Of a stretch of DNA of 64,000 nt, positions 10,570-22,811 are shown piece after piece (the first letter of the stretch is position 1; the number at the start of each line of letters is the position of its first letter). The stretch is taken from positions 271,622,001-271,686,000 of the forward strand of contig OZ024741.1 in assembly GCA_964016885.1 (NCBI GenBank). The letters are read 5' to 3'. The notes under the pieces are model-generated. The model searched no databases. It was not told the DNA's origin and saw nothing but the letters and a program-made list of their open reading frames with translations. Source of the DNA: Eledone cirrhosa (Eukaryota). The translations under genes were made by a program, and so were the position numbers.

Positions 10570-12643
10570 TCGATCCAATAGAGAGACCAGCAGTGTTAGT
10601 CGAAGGTAGTATAATAAGTTAGGCAATCAAAGATATGAAGACGGGTAAGGCGGCTGGGCCTTCGGAAATAGTTGCTGAAATGCTGAAAGCTTCTGGAATG
10701 GTGGGACACACCATGGTCACCCGGATAGTAAACCAAGTCATACAGAATGGGGTTGTTCTGAAGGACTAGCGTAGCAGCATCATCATTAACTGCTACAAGG
10801 GTAAAGGAGATGCCCTAGATAGGAGTAACTATAGAGGCATTAAATTAATCGACCAGGTCATGAAGGTCACAGAAAAAGTAATAGCGCAACTAATCAGAGA
10901 GAGAATTGATCTAGATGAAATGCAGTTCGGGTTTGTGTCAGGTAAAAGTACCACAGATGCTCTTTTCATTGTACGACAACTACAGGAGAAGTACCTAGCT
11001 AAAAGTAAACCCCTATACTTAGCTTTTGTTGACTTGGAGAAAGCCTTCGACAGAATCCCCCGTTCCATTATCTGGTGGGCTCTTAGAAAACTAGGTGTTG
11101 ACGAATGGCTTGTGAGAGCTATACAAGCCATGTATAAAGAAACAGTCAGCAAGGTTAGAATTAACAACGAATATAGTGAAGAGTTTAGCGTAAAAGTTGG
11201 TGTCCATCAGGGCTCTGTTCTTAGCCCCCTACTATTTATTATTGCCCTTCAGGCTATAACAGAGGAGTTCAAGACCGGCTGCCCATGGGAACTCCTATTT
11301 GCAGATGATCTAACGCTCATAGCTGAATCAATGACCGAGCTAGAGAAGAAATTCCAAACATGGAAGCATGGCCTAGAATCAAAAGGCCTTAAAATTAACC
11401 TGTCTAAGACTAAAGTTCTAGTTTGTAGGAAGGAAAATAGGGCACCGGTCCCATCCGGGAAATGGCCATGCTCAGTGTGTAGGAACGGAGTAGGTAGAAA
11501 CTCCATTTTATGTCCCAAATGCAAAGTATGGGTGCATAAAAGATGTAGTGGGATCACAGGTAAGCTAACTAAGAACATAGATTTTATATGTGGCCGGTGC
11601 TCTGGTGCAATAAGTAGCAGCAAGTGCCCACAAAATACTAGCTCATTCCATTGCACAGATGGTTCTATAGAAATAGCGGTCACCTTCCGTTACTTGGGTG
11701 ACAAAATCAGCAGTGGTGGAGGGTGCTCTGAAAGTACAGTAGCTAGAGTCAGAACTGGATGGAAAAAGTTCAGAGAGCTTATACCACTATTAGCCGCTAA
11801 AGGGTTCTCTCTGAAAATGAAAGGCAGGCTGTATGATGCCTGCATACGAACAGCAATGTTACATAGCAGTGAGACCTGGGCATTGTGTGCAGAGGATATA
11901 CGCAGACTGGAGAGGAATGATGCTTGCATGCTCCGCTGGATGTGTAATAGTAATATATGTGAACGGCAAAGCATAAACGAACTAAGGGAAAAATTAGAAA
12001 TAAGAGGGATCAGATGCTGTTTACTCGAGAGAAGACTACGTTGGTATGGTCACATGATGCGCATGAAAGACGACAGCTGTATAAAAAAGTGCAGGGCAAT
12101 AAAAATAGACGGTAGCCACGGAGTAGGCAGACCCAGAAAAACCTGGGACGACTTGATAAATTCCGACCTCACACACTTACACCTCTCCAAGACAATGTCA
12201 CTGGACCGAGATCTTTGGCGCTACACAGTAATACAGAAGACCCGCCTTACCTAAGTACAAAGTGAAACCTACTAGTCAGTAGGCACCTCTAACAAAATAC
12301 ACCCCGTCCCACTACCCCCACCCCATCCACACCACCCCTTTCAATGTAAAGTTATGTTGGTACCACAACATCCAGTCTGAAACAAATGAGGTCGTGTAGG
12401 TGTCACGACAAAAAAAACACACATTCCACGCTGTAATGTGGCCGTGTAGGTAACACGGTAAAAACCTCCCAGTCCACACTGTAAACGTGGTTGGTGTTAG
12501 GAAGGGCATCCAGCCGTAGAAAACCCTCCAGACAGTCCTATGCGAGCAATGACAACCACTCTTGCCTCAAATGGGAAAACTCCCGTCCAAACCCATGCAA
12601 GCGTGGAAGATGGACGTTAAACGATGATAATGATGATGATGAT
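10570..12643 (+). mobile_element. RTE-clade LINE, 5'-truncated, with RT, 3' UTR and (GAT)n tail
   Basis: KAAGPSEI..., NYRGIKL, QFGF, FVDLEKAFD, GVHQGSVLSP, LLFADD, FRYLG and LRWYGH motifs. A stop lies at ~10768, upstream of the open part. Confidence 0.95.
10860..12254 (+). CDS. RTE reverse transcriptase remnant (464 aa open), with inserted C4HC3 PHD-type finger
   Basis: RT motifs as above. CSVC-x10-CPKC-x4-HKRC-x14-CGRC lies between KTKVL and FRYLG. Confidence 0.85.
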   Translation: MKVTEKVIAQLIRERIDLDEMQFGFVSGKSTTDALFIVRQLQEKYLAKSKPLYLAFVDLEKAFDRIPRSIIWWALRKLGVDEWLVRAIQAMYKETVSKVRINNEYSEEFSVKVGVHQGSVLSPLLFIIALQAITEEFKTGCPWELLFADDLTLIAESMTELEKKFQTWKHGLESKGLKINLSKTKVLVCRKENRAPVPSGKWPCSVCRNGVGRNSILCPKCKVWVHKRCSGITGKLTKNIDFICGRCSGAISSSKCPQNTSSFHCTDGSIEIAVTFRYLGDKISSGGGCSESTVARVRTGWKKFRELIPLLAAKGFSLKMKGRLYDACIRTAMLHSSETWALCAEDIRRLERNDACMLRWMCNSNICERQSINELREKLEIRGIRCCLLERRLRWYGHMMRMKDDSCIKKCRAIKIDGSHGVGRPRKTWDDLINSDLTHLHLSKTMSLDRDLWRYTVIQKTRLT

Positions 12644-12644
12644 G

Positions 12645-12859
12645 GTGTGTGTTTGTATAATATGTATATGTGTGTATGGTGTATGTATATATATATGGTA
12701 TATATGTGTATATATATATGTGTATATATAGTATATATATATATATATAGTATGTGTATATATGTGTATAAAATATATATAAAATGTGTGTGTGGGTGTT
12801 GTGTGTGTATATATGTATGTGTGTGTATATATATGTATATGTATGTGTATGTATATATA

Positions 12860-12914
<55 letters not shown>

Positions 12915-13020
12915 TTCTATGTATGGGTGTGTATGTGTATGTATGTGTGTGTATATGTATATGTGCATGTATGTATGTGTTGATGTGTGTATGTGTATGT
13001 GTGTATATGTAATATATATG
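12645..13020. repeat. Compound (TA)/(TG) low-complexity tract
   Basis: Directly visible. Confidence 0.95.
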
Positions 13021-13098
13021 GACTGTCGATATATTTACATATAGGGAAGTGAATATGTGAGCAAGCATGCCCCCCCCCCCCGCCACACACACACACAC

Positions 13099-13618
13099 TT
13101 CCTCTCCCAAACCAATATCAACAACACATCTTTGACAAATGTTCCCAAACTATCCTTCTTTTCTCTTTTTCCTGTCATCCCATTATTATCAAAAGACATG
13201 TATCTTACACCTGATTAAAACCAAGACAGCACCTAAATTCATCTTTGATATAGAAATTTGGAGAAGATATTCTTTGAAGAAATTTGTAGAAGATATGTAT
13301 GAATGCTTTAATTCCTCTGGACCTTCATCATCATCAACACTCATTAACACCACATCCCACATCCCAGACACATCCAAATCTCTCTTATATATAGACACAC
13401 AGTTCAACACAACCTGATCTCAGTTTGACAATCGCCACAGACAGACGAATGCGAGAAAGTTCTCCAACCCAAGTTAACCAGGAATCTTTAAAATTCTTCC
13501 CACCGAAGTTAACAAAGAACTTACTGGATCTACCAACTCATAATATTATATTATAAAATTAAATCAAAAATTTGTTACCACTACAAATGAAGTCATTCTT
13601 TTCCTTTTTTTAAAATAT
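13099..13618. repeat. Right arm of the dispersed inverted repeat (partner 8190-8850), internally shorter
   Basis: Reverse-complement match to 8190-8850 except the central ~8505-8680 segment. Confidence 0.9.
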
Positions 13619-14441
13619 ACCTAACTGTACCAAGGATCTCACACATTTTCCAATATACATATATATATATAATAATACAAGGACTATTTGATAAGCCTTC
13701 ATTACGTTTATTGATTGGTGACGAACGTTTCACTATTGATCAACTCAAGGTTCGATCTGTATCTATCTGGCCTGACTCTGGAATTAAAAGCTTGTCGGTC
13801 CTCCACTCTTGTAATGACAAGAATGAACATATATCGCATATAAATGTCAAAAACAACCACTCAAAGCACAGGCAGAGTGTATATATGTATATATATATAA
13901 AACTAATTATATCCCCCAGAGTCACTGCTCCAGAAAACAACCGTTGCTATAAATCGGTGTTATCCCAACCGCCTCAATCTCACGCCTGAAACGAAAATAC
14001 CTATGGCTGTGCAAGAAACATCACCGCAACAACAATTCTGCACATTACAACAGAGACGGTCAAGGAACTACCACCACTGTGGTCACCGATACTTCAAACA
14101 ATGTCACAACTCCCGTCACAGACTTGACAGGATCGCTATCACACAAAGAACTTAAGCTCCTCAGTTTTATATTAACTCCACGACTAGACAACAGGATGAA
14201 ACTAAATCTTGAAGCCAGCTTTTTCCGAGCTGCCTACTTACTCAAATGGCTCTCAGTAATAGACACTACTTCTGCGGTGAACAGCACTAAATTTCCTATA
14301 CACCACTTAGACCAACCACACTCTCTACGCCTATCAACCAAGAGCTTGACCTCAAACTCTCCAGACTTAAGCAGTCTATCTTTAGCATGGAGCGTAGAGC
14401 ACTCAACCAAGTTAATTTTAACCTGTTGACTTACACTTCTT

Positions 14442-14444
<3 letters not shown>

Positions 14445-14530
<86 letters not shown>
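14445..14530. repeat. Pure (TA)n microsatellite
   Basis: Directly visible. Confidence 0.97.
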
Positions 14531-14531
<1 letters not shown>

Positions 14532-14629
14532 CTTTTCTATCTGATGAGTATACTAATATTGTCTAGGGTCCTAAAACCTTTGGTAATGGAATAGTTATAC
14601 ATTGTGTTGTTCACTTTCTAATTAAATAT

Positions 14630-14677
<48 letters not shown>

Positions 14678-14850
14678 ATATTTGTGTGTGTAATATATGT
14701 ATATGTTTACTGAACTTTCGCAAATACGGTAGCAATAGAGAGAAATCCAAAATAAATACACTCTTCTGCATATATTGAGTACTTTTTTTCTCTCTTATCA
14801 GGTGTAATAATAGATAAACCCATCACCTACTGTTCTTCTCAACATTTCAG

Positions 14851-14955
14851 ATGGTCCTTTCACTGTCTTTGCACCAAGCAATAAAGCCTTCCACAGATAT
14901 CTCTCCAACACCACCCTCGAGCATATCCTCAATGGTAATAATCAACTTGCTTCAG
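14851..14955 (+). CDS. FAS1-domain protein, internal exon C
   Basis: tttcag acceptor. Encodes (N)GPFTVFAPSNKAFHRYLSNTTLEHILNGNNQLAS (FAS1 H1 motif). Donor gtaaga at 14956, phases 1/1. Confidence 0.92.
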
Positions 14956-15169
14956 GTAAGAATGAAAACATCATTACTTCTAGTGCCATTTATATAGATA
15001 TACATTTATATAATAAGCAACACAATATAATTATTCCATTATGTTTATGTTAAGATCCTCTAGTTTCATGAAAACTTAGGTAATGGAAAAATTATATTGT
15101 GTTGTTTATTATAGAATTAAATAGCTCTCTGTACTATACATAGAGCACTCATCTTTCCTATATATATAT

Positions 15170-15365
15170 AATAATTGTTTCTACTTTTTGGCACAAGGCC
15201 AGCAACTACCCAGTACATTACTGGTACTTTATTTTATCGACCCCGTAAGGATGAAAGGCAAAGTTAACCTCGGCGAGATTTGAACTCAGATCATAAAGGG
15301 ACGCAACTCTATGCTTCAAAGTATGGCGTCCGACCCTCTACCGATACTGCCAATCCACCGCCCTA
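15170..15365 (-). mobile_element. SINE (second family)
   Basis: Reverse complement of 6351-6545. Confidence 0.8.
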
Positions 15366-15389
15366 GATATAATAATAATAATAATAATA

Positions 15390-17370
<1,981 letters not shown>

Positions 17371-18815
17371 TTGACATTGCTCATCCAACGGAGCATGCTT
17401 GCCTCATTTCTCTCCAGCCGTCGCATATCCTCTGCAGTTGCTGCTCATGTCTCACTACCATGCAGCATCGCGCTCCTCACACAGGCATCATATAACCGGC
17501 CTTTCGTATGCAGGGAGAAACCCTTCTTCGTCAGCAGAGGAAGCAGCTCCCTAAACTTCCTCCAGCCCGTCCTTATTCTAGATACTATGGCCTCGGAACA
17601 CCCCCTCCCTCCCATGCTAATCTGAACTCCTAGGTACCGGAAGCTATCCACCACTTCTATAGCACCAGCCTGCATTTGAAAAATGTGTCTATCAATGCGA
17701 CTTCTACTGTCTGAGTGAGCTGAGGACCGAACCTTGATGTACTCCTACTTGTATCTGGAATTCCTCACTAAACTCCATTCCTACCCTGACTTTACCGACA
17801 GCACCTCTGTACAAAGTTTGCACTGTCCTCACAAGCCATTCCTCTACACCTAGTTTCGTTAGGGACCACCAGATGACAGATCAGAGTACCCTATCAAAGG
17901 CCTTCTCTAGGTCAACAAAGGTTAAGTATAGTGGCTTATTCTTCTCCAAGAACCTCTCTTGTAAGTGTCTCACCAAGAAGAGGGCATCTGTTGTACTTTT
18001 CCCAGGCACAAAACCAAACTGCATCTCATCTAGTTTAACCCTTTCTCTAATTAGTTGTGCTAATATCCTTTCTGCCACTTTCATAACCTGATCCATCAGT
18101 TTTATACCCCTATAATTGCTCCTCTCCAGAGCATCCCCTTTAACTTTGTAGCAATTTATGAGAATACTGCTGCACCAGTCTTTGGGTATGACACCACCAT
18201 ATATAGCCTGATTGATGATGCGTGCAGCCAGTTTACTGCCTATGTCCCCTGATGCCTTCAGCATCTCAGCAACTATCCCCGACGGTCCAGCAGCCTTATC
18301 ATTTTTCATTTCCACTGCCTTGCAATGTGGAACACTGCACGCCTCTGATCTTCCCATCGCAGAACATTGGCAAACCTCCTACTCTCAGCCTCCCTGATGT
18401 CTATCTTCTCTCTTAGCGGCTGTATATCCATCTCTACTCCCACCCTTTTTCCAAGCCTTCCATGCTAGTCTTTTGTCTCTAATAGCCTTATCTACTGTGC
18501 TGTTCCACCACCAGGTCACTCTCTGTCTGGTTGGAGCAGAGCTCCAACCACAAGTTTCATCAGTAGCCTGCAGTAAGTTGTCACGTAATAAATTCCAGTT
18601 ATTATCTATGTCATACGTCTCTAAATCGTCTTCTTTTTCATCATATACATCTTGAAGGGCTTTCCTAAATTTGTATTTTAGTGAAAGGTCTTTTAGCTTC
18701 CAGACCTTTCTTCTCCACACGTTCCTGTATGTCTCATTCCATCTCTTGCTTACTGAGATATCACTAACGACTAGCCTATTCTTTCCCAGGGTATGCCTTG
18801 GTATTTCACAGCAAA
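17371..18815 (-). mobile_element. RTE-clade LINE fragment, inverted partner of 15549-17370, with internal deletions
   Basis: ORFs 18385-18924, 17881-18357 and 17445-17675 closely parallel the + copy. Deletions near 18312 and 17710. Confidence 0.92.
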
Positions 18816-18982
18816 GCAGACATAAAATGATGATGATGATGATATATATATATATATGTACATGCACAAGCCTACATGTACATGTGCAGACATATATATA
18901 TGTACACAAACACACACTGATCAATACATGTGACTGAAATTCACAGAATATAAAATATTGTTCACTCTTGTCTCTACCACAG

Positions 18983-19096
18983 ATCTAATGAAGTACCACA
19001 TAGTTCATGGAGTCTTATGGAGGGCTGGCATGCATACAACATACCTACAGACCCTTGAAGAAGGTGACAAACTGCTCATCAGAGAAAGCTTTTTTG
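18983..19096 (+). CDS. FAS1-domain protein, internal exon D
   Basis: cacag acceptor. Encodes (D)LMKYHIVHGVLWRAGMHTTYLQTLEEGDKLLIRESFF (YH motif). Donor gtaaga at 19097, phases 1/1. Confidence 0.92.
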
Positions 19097-19159
19097 GTAA
19101 GAATTCCACCTTCAATTCTTTCTTCCTTTTTTTTTTTTCGGTTTCTTCCCATCCCTTTC

Positions 19160-19558
19160 GGTACACTCTGTAAAGTGGTAGTGTTGTTGCCACAATAAAA
19201 CACGCCCAGTGGACTCTGTAAAGTGGTAGTGTTGGTGTCACAGTAAAACACACCCAATAGACACTGTAAAGTGGTAGTGTTGGTGTCACAGTAAAACACA
19301 CCCAGAACACTCTGTAAAGTGGTAGTGTTGGTGTCACAGTAAAATACACCCAGTACACTCTGTAAAGTGGTAGTGTTGATGACCCAATAACATACACCCA
19401 GTACACTCTGTAAAGTGATAGTGTTGGTGCCATAATAAAAGACATCCACTGCACTCTGTAAAGTGGTAGTGTTGGTGTCACAGTAAAATACTCCCAGTAC
19501 ACTCTGTAAAGTGGTAGTGCTGGTGACACAATTGAATACACCCAGTACACTCTGTAAA
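19160..19558. repeat. Minisatellite, 48-bp unit, ~8 copies
   Basis: ctgtaaa recurs at 19168, 19216, 19264 and onward to 19552. Confidence 0.95.
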
Positions 19559-19944
19559 AGAAAAAAACTCATAATCTGAGCTAATGCAAGTCTTTTGGAA
19601 CAATTTAAGACAATGCACTGAGAACAGATCTAGCTTTTCAGCTAGCTCAATGGAAGCAAAGAACATGTTTGAGTCTTCTCAGATCTCGTTAGTGAAGCAT
19701 ATTCACATACTAATATGATCATCATCATCATTGTTTTAACGTCCACTTTCCCTGCTAGCAAGGGTTGGACAGGTCCACATAGATAAAGTCACTAGTGAAT
19801 CGGGGCTATTGATTTTCCAGACAAGTTAGGAATCTGCATCTCACTTATGTACAGTCTCATGTTTTATCAAGTGCAGAGGAGAGGTTTTCATGTCTTTGAC
19901 ACAACTGAGGGTCATTATTATAAATGCTTTTATTTTTAACTTAA

Positions 19945-20380
19945 TATGGCGGTGGATTGGCTGTATTGGTAGAGAGTCGGACTCTATGCTTTGCAGCATA
20001 GTGTTATGGCCCTTTATGGTCTGAGTTCAAATCCTGCCGAGGTTAACTTTGCCTTTCATCCTTACAAGGTCAATAAAATAAAGTTCCAGTAATACACTGT
20101 GATAATTGCTGACCTTTTGCCAAAAGTAGAAACATTTATTATAAATGCTTTTAGGGCGGTGGATTGGCAGTATCGTTAGAGGATCAGATGCCATGCTCTG
20201 TGACACAGAGTTACATTCCTTTGTGTCCTGAATTCAAATGCTGTCAAGGTTAGCTTTGCCTTTCATCCTTCTGGGGATCGATAAAATAAAGTATCAATAA
20301 CACACTGGGGTTGAATTAATCGACTTTCCTCTCCCCCCAAAATTGTTGGCCTTGTGCTTAAATCAGAAATCGTTATTAAA
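19945..20380 (+). mobile_element. Two tandem copies of the second SINE family
   Basis: ggcggtggattggc heads at ~19948 and ~20155, each followed by the ctttgcctttcatcc core and gaaa tail. Confidence 0.8.
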
Positions 20381-20413
20381 AATGCTTTTATTTTTAACTT
20401 AATCCCACCATAG

Positions 20414-20532
20414 GTTTCATCTCAGTGGAAAACGCTCACCTTATCAGCCGAGATATTGCTGCTACAAATGGCGTCATTCATGAAATTTCTCGTATGTTGA
20501 AACCCAAGGATGTCGATCTGACCGGTTATTAG
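20414..20532 (+). CDS. FAS1-domain protein, terminal coding exon E
   Basis: catag acceptor. Encodes (G)FISVENAHLISRDIAATNGVIHEISRMLKPKDVDLTGY* (FAS1 H2 motif ATNGVIHxI). TAG at 20530-20532. Confidence 0.92.
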
Positions 20533-20598
20533 ACTGAATTGGTCGAAACTGGCTGAAACTAGTTTGATTTGGTCTAATGTGGTCTAGTTGAACCATCG

Positions 20599-20637
20599 AA
20601 TAAAGAGTATATTTCTATAATTTGTAAATAAATAAAT
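20599..20637 (+). promoter_or_regulatory. Candidate polyadenylation signals (AATAAA) of the FAS1 gene
   Basis: AATAAA at 20599-20604 and again at ~20627-20636, followed by a GT-rich stretch at ~20665-20685. Confidence 0.45.
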
Positions 20638-20767
20638 ATGTAGTAAACTTCGATAAAACAAAATGGTGGTCTGTGTTGTGTCGTTATAATGAAGTAAATA
20701 AATATATGTGAGTTTGTTCTTTTATCGTATGAAAAGATATGAAGTAGAGGGCCTTTCTTCACAGAAA

Positions 20768-20891
20768 TATCACCACCATCGTCATCATTATCATCCTCAT
20801 TGGCATCGCCATTATCATCACTATGACCATCATAATCATTATCATCATCATCATCACTAACACCATTATCATCACTATGGCCAACACCACC

Positions 20892-20925
<34 letters not shown>

Positions 20926-21035
20926 CTAACACTCTTATCACCCTATTGTCATCACCATCACCATCACTATGACCATCATCATCATCATCATTATCATTAT
21001 TATCATCATTTTCACATATAATGAATAATAATAAT
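20768..21035. repeat. Degenerate (CAT/CAC)n tract
   Basis: Directly visible. Confidence 0.9.
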
Positions 21036-21109
21036 GAAATTATTGTGTACACTGCTCAGGTACACTACAACTCATCAAAGGTGCATGTATAGTACATAGA
21101 ATAATGTAC

Positions 21110-21990
21110 AAATGTCAGGAAAATGATGAACAGTGTATGAGTCATGATATACATGTGTGCGTGTGTATGGAGGGAGGATATCAGGTATAGTGTTGGCGAA
21201 TCTCAGGAAGCATGGAGGTTTCAAAAGACGCAGTGTCTCGACAGCTAACAACTGATGCAGGTAGTTTGTCCCGTGCTTCAGCAACTCTGAACGTGAAAAA
21301 ATGTTTCCGAAAGTCATGGGAGCTGTGCTGTTTTCTGACTTTGTGGGCATGCCCACATGTGTTAAACACATGGAAATTAAAAAGGTGCTCAGGGTTGGTT
21401 AATAATTTTGTGGGTATTTACCAAGTCAGTTGCCAGACGTCAGAGCTTCAATGTATCCATGCCCAGGGAAGCAAGGCATTCTGAGTAAGGTAGATGTCTG
21501 ATGCAGGGTATTCGCTTGGTTGCACGTCTCTGAACAGTTTCCAGGAGGTCAATGTTCTGAGCAAGATAGGGTTTCCAGGCTGGTGGTGCAAATTCTAAGT
21601 GTGGCCGTACCATAGCTATATACAGCTTTAAATAGATAGCTGGAGAGCAGCTGACAAAGGTCCTGCTGGGTGATGCTAAGACACTCTCGGCCTTCTTGAC
21701 AATTTTAGAAACCTGCTTTGTCCAACGCAAATCGCTGCTGATATTAGTGTTGTGGAGGGAGTATGTGGACGCTGGGTTTTTCCTCACAAAATGCATGGTG
21801 GTACACTTGTCCACAGCCAGCTTGAGTTGCCAGTCCGTGATCTATTGCTGCATTGTGTCCAGGTCTGATTGCAGGAAAGATCTATTGTGTTCAGGATCTG
21901 TCCTTTTTATCTCAAGTTACAGCTTGATGTCATCTGCATATTTCAGTACTGTGGCATTCTTTAAATTGGCATCTATGTCATTAATATGTT
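21110..21990 (-). mobile_element. CR1-clade LINE 3' fragment, degenerate
   Basis: LYIAMVRPHLEFAPPAWKPYLAQNIDLLETVQRRATKRI...LGMDTL is the typical CR1 RT C-terminus; a YADD-type motif lies near 21925-21945. Confidence 0.85.
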
Positions 21991-21994
21991 TTTC

Positions 21995-22310
21995 CATGCT
22001 TCCATTGTTTTAAACAACTCTTCTCCAGCACAACTAACCACTGCTGGTTGCGTTCCTTCGTCATCTCCTCTGTGAGGTTCAACATCTTGAGATGAGGTTT
22101 TCCACAGTCTTCCTCCATTGCAACTCCTTCCACTTGGGTCTTCTGACACACCTTCACCCAATGACTATTATCCATATATAGCACATGTCTCTACAAGTCC
22201 AATCTTCTCTTCATTTCACTTTTACACAGTTTTTCTTCAACTATTCTGTGCTTCATCATTCATGTACACAAACTTGAAACATCAAACAAATCATACTATA
22301 GCTTCATCTC
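21995..22310 (-). mobile_element. Degenerate RTE C-terminal fragment
   Basis: WVKVCQKTQVEG...LKMLNLTEEMTKERNQ resembles the RTE ORF end. Confidence 0.55.
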
Positions 22311-22630
22311 TCTCTAACATTACTCTCTCTAACATTACACACTATAGCTTCATCTCTCTCTAACATTACACACTATAGCTTCATCTCTCTCTAACATTAC
22401 ACACTATAGCTTCATCTCTCTCTAACATTACACACTATAGCTTCATCTCTCTCTAACATTAGACACTAAAGCTTCATCTCTCTCTAACATTAGACACTAA
22501 AGCTTCATCTCTCTAACATTACACATCCTACATTACACACTATAATTTCATCTCTCTCTAACATTACACATCCTACATAACATACTAACCTCATCTCTCT
22601 AACATTACACATCCTACAAACCATACTACA
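22300..22630. repeat. Minisatellite, 31-bp unit, decaying rightwards
   Basis: aacatta recurs at 22331, 22362, 22393, 22424 and 22455. Confidence 0.9.
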
Positions 22631-22811
22631 GCTTGATTTTGACGATTGATGCCACTTTTATTGTCACAAGGGGACAGAAGAAATTATTGGTACAGTAAGC
22701 AATTACTTTTTACATTGCATTTGCAAAGAATCTTAGTCATGACATGTCTGAACTCTGGATTCCCTCTTCGACTGATTATTAAACAAGAACTAGTCACCAT
22801 GTGATGAGGAC

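Noticed and set aside
13895-14440. Unique-looking segment with a 116-aa ORF between (TA)n tracts
   Set aside because: No recognisable motif; it is probably an unclassified TE fragment and cannot be supported without a database search.
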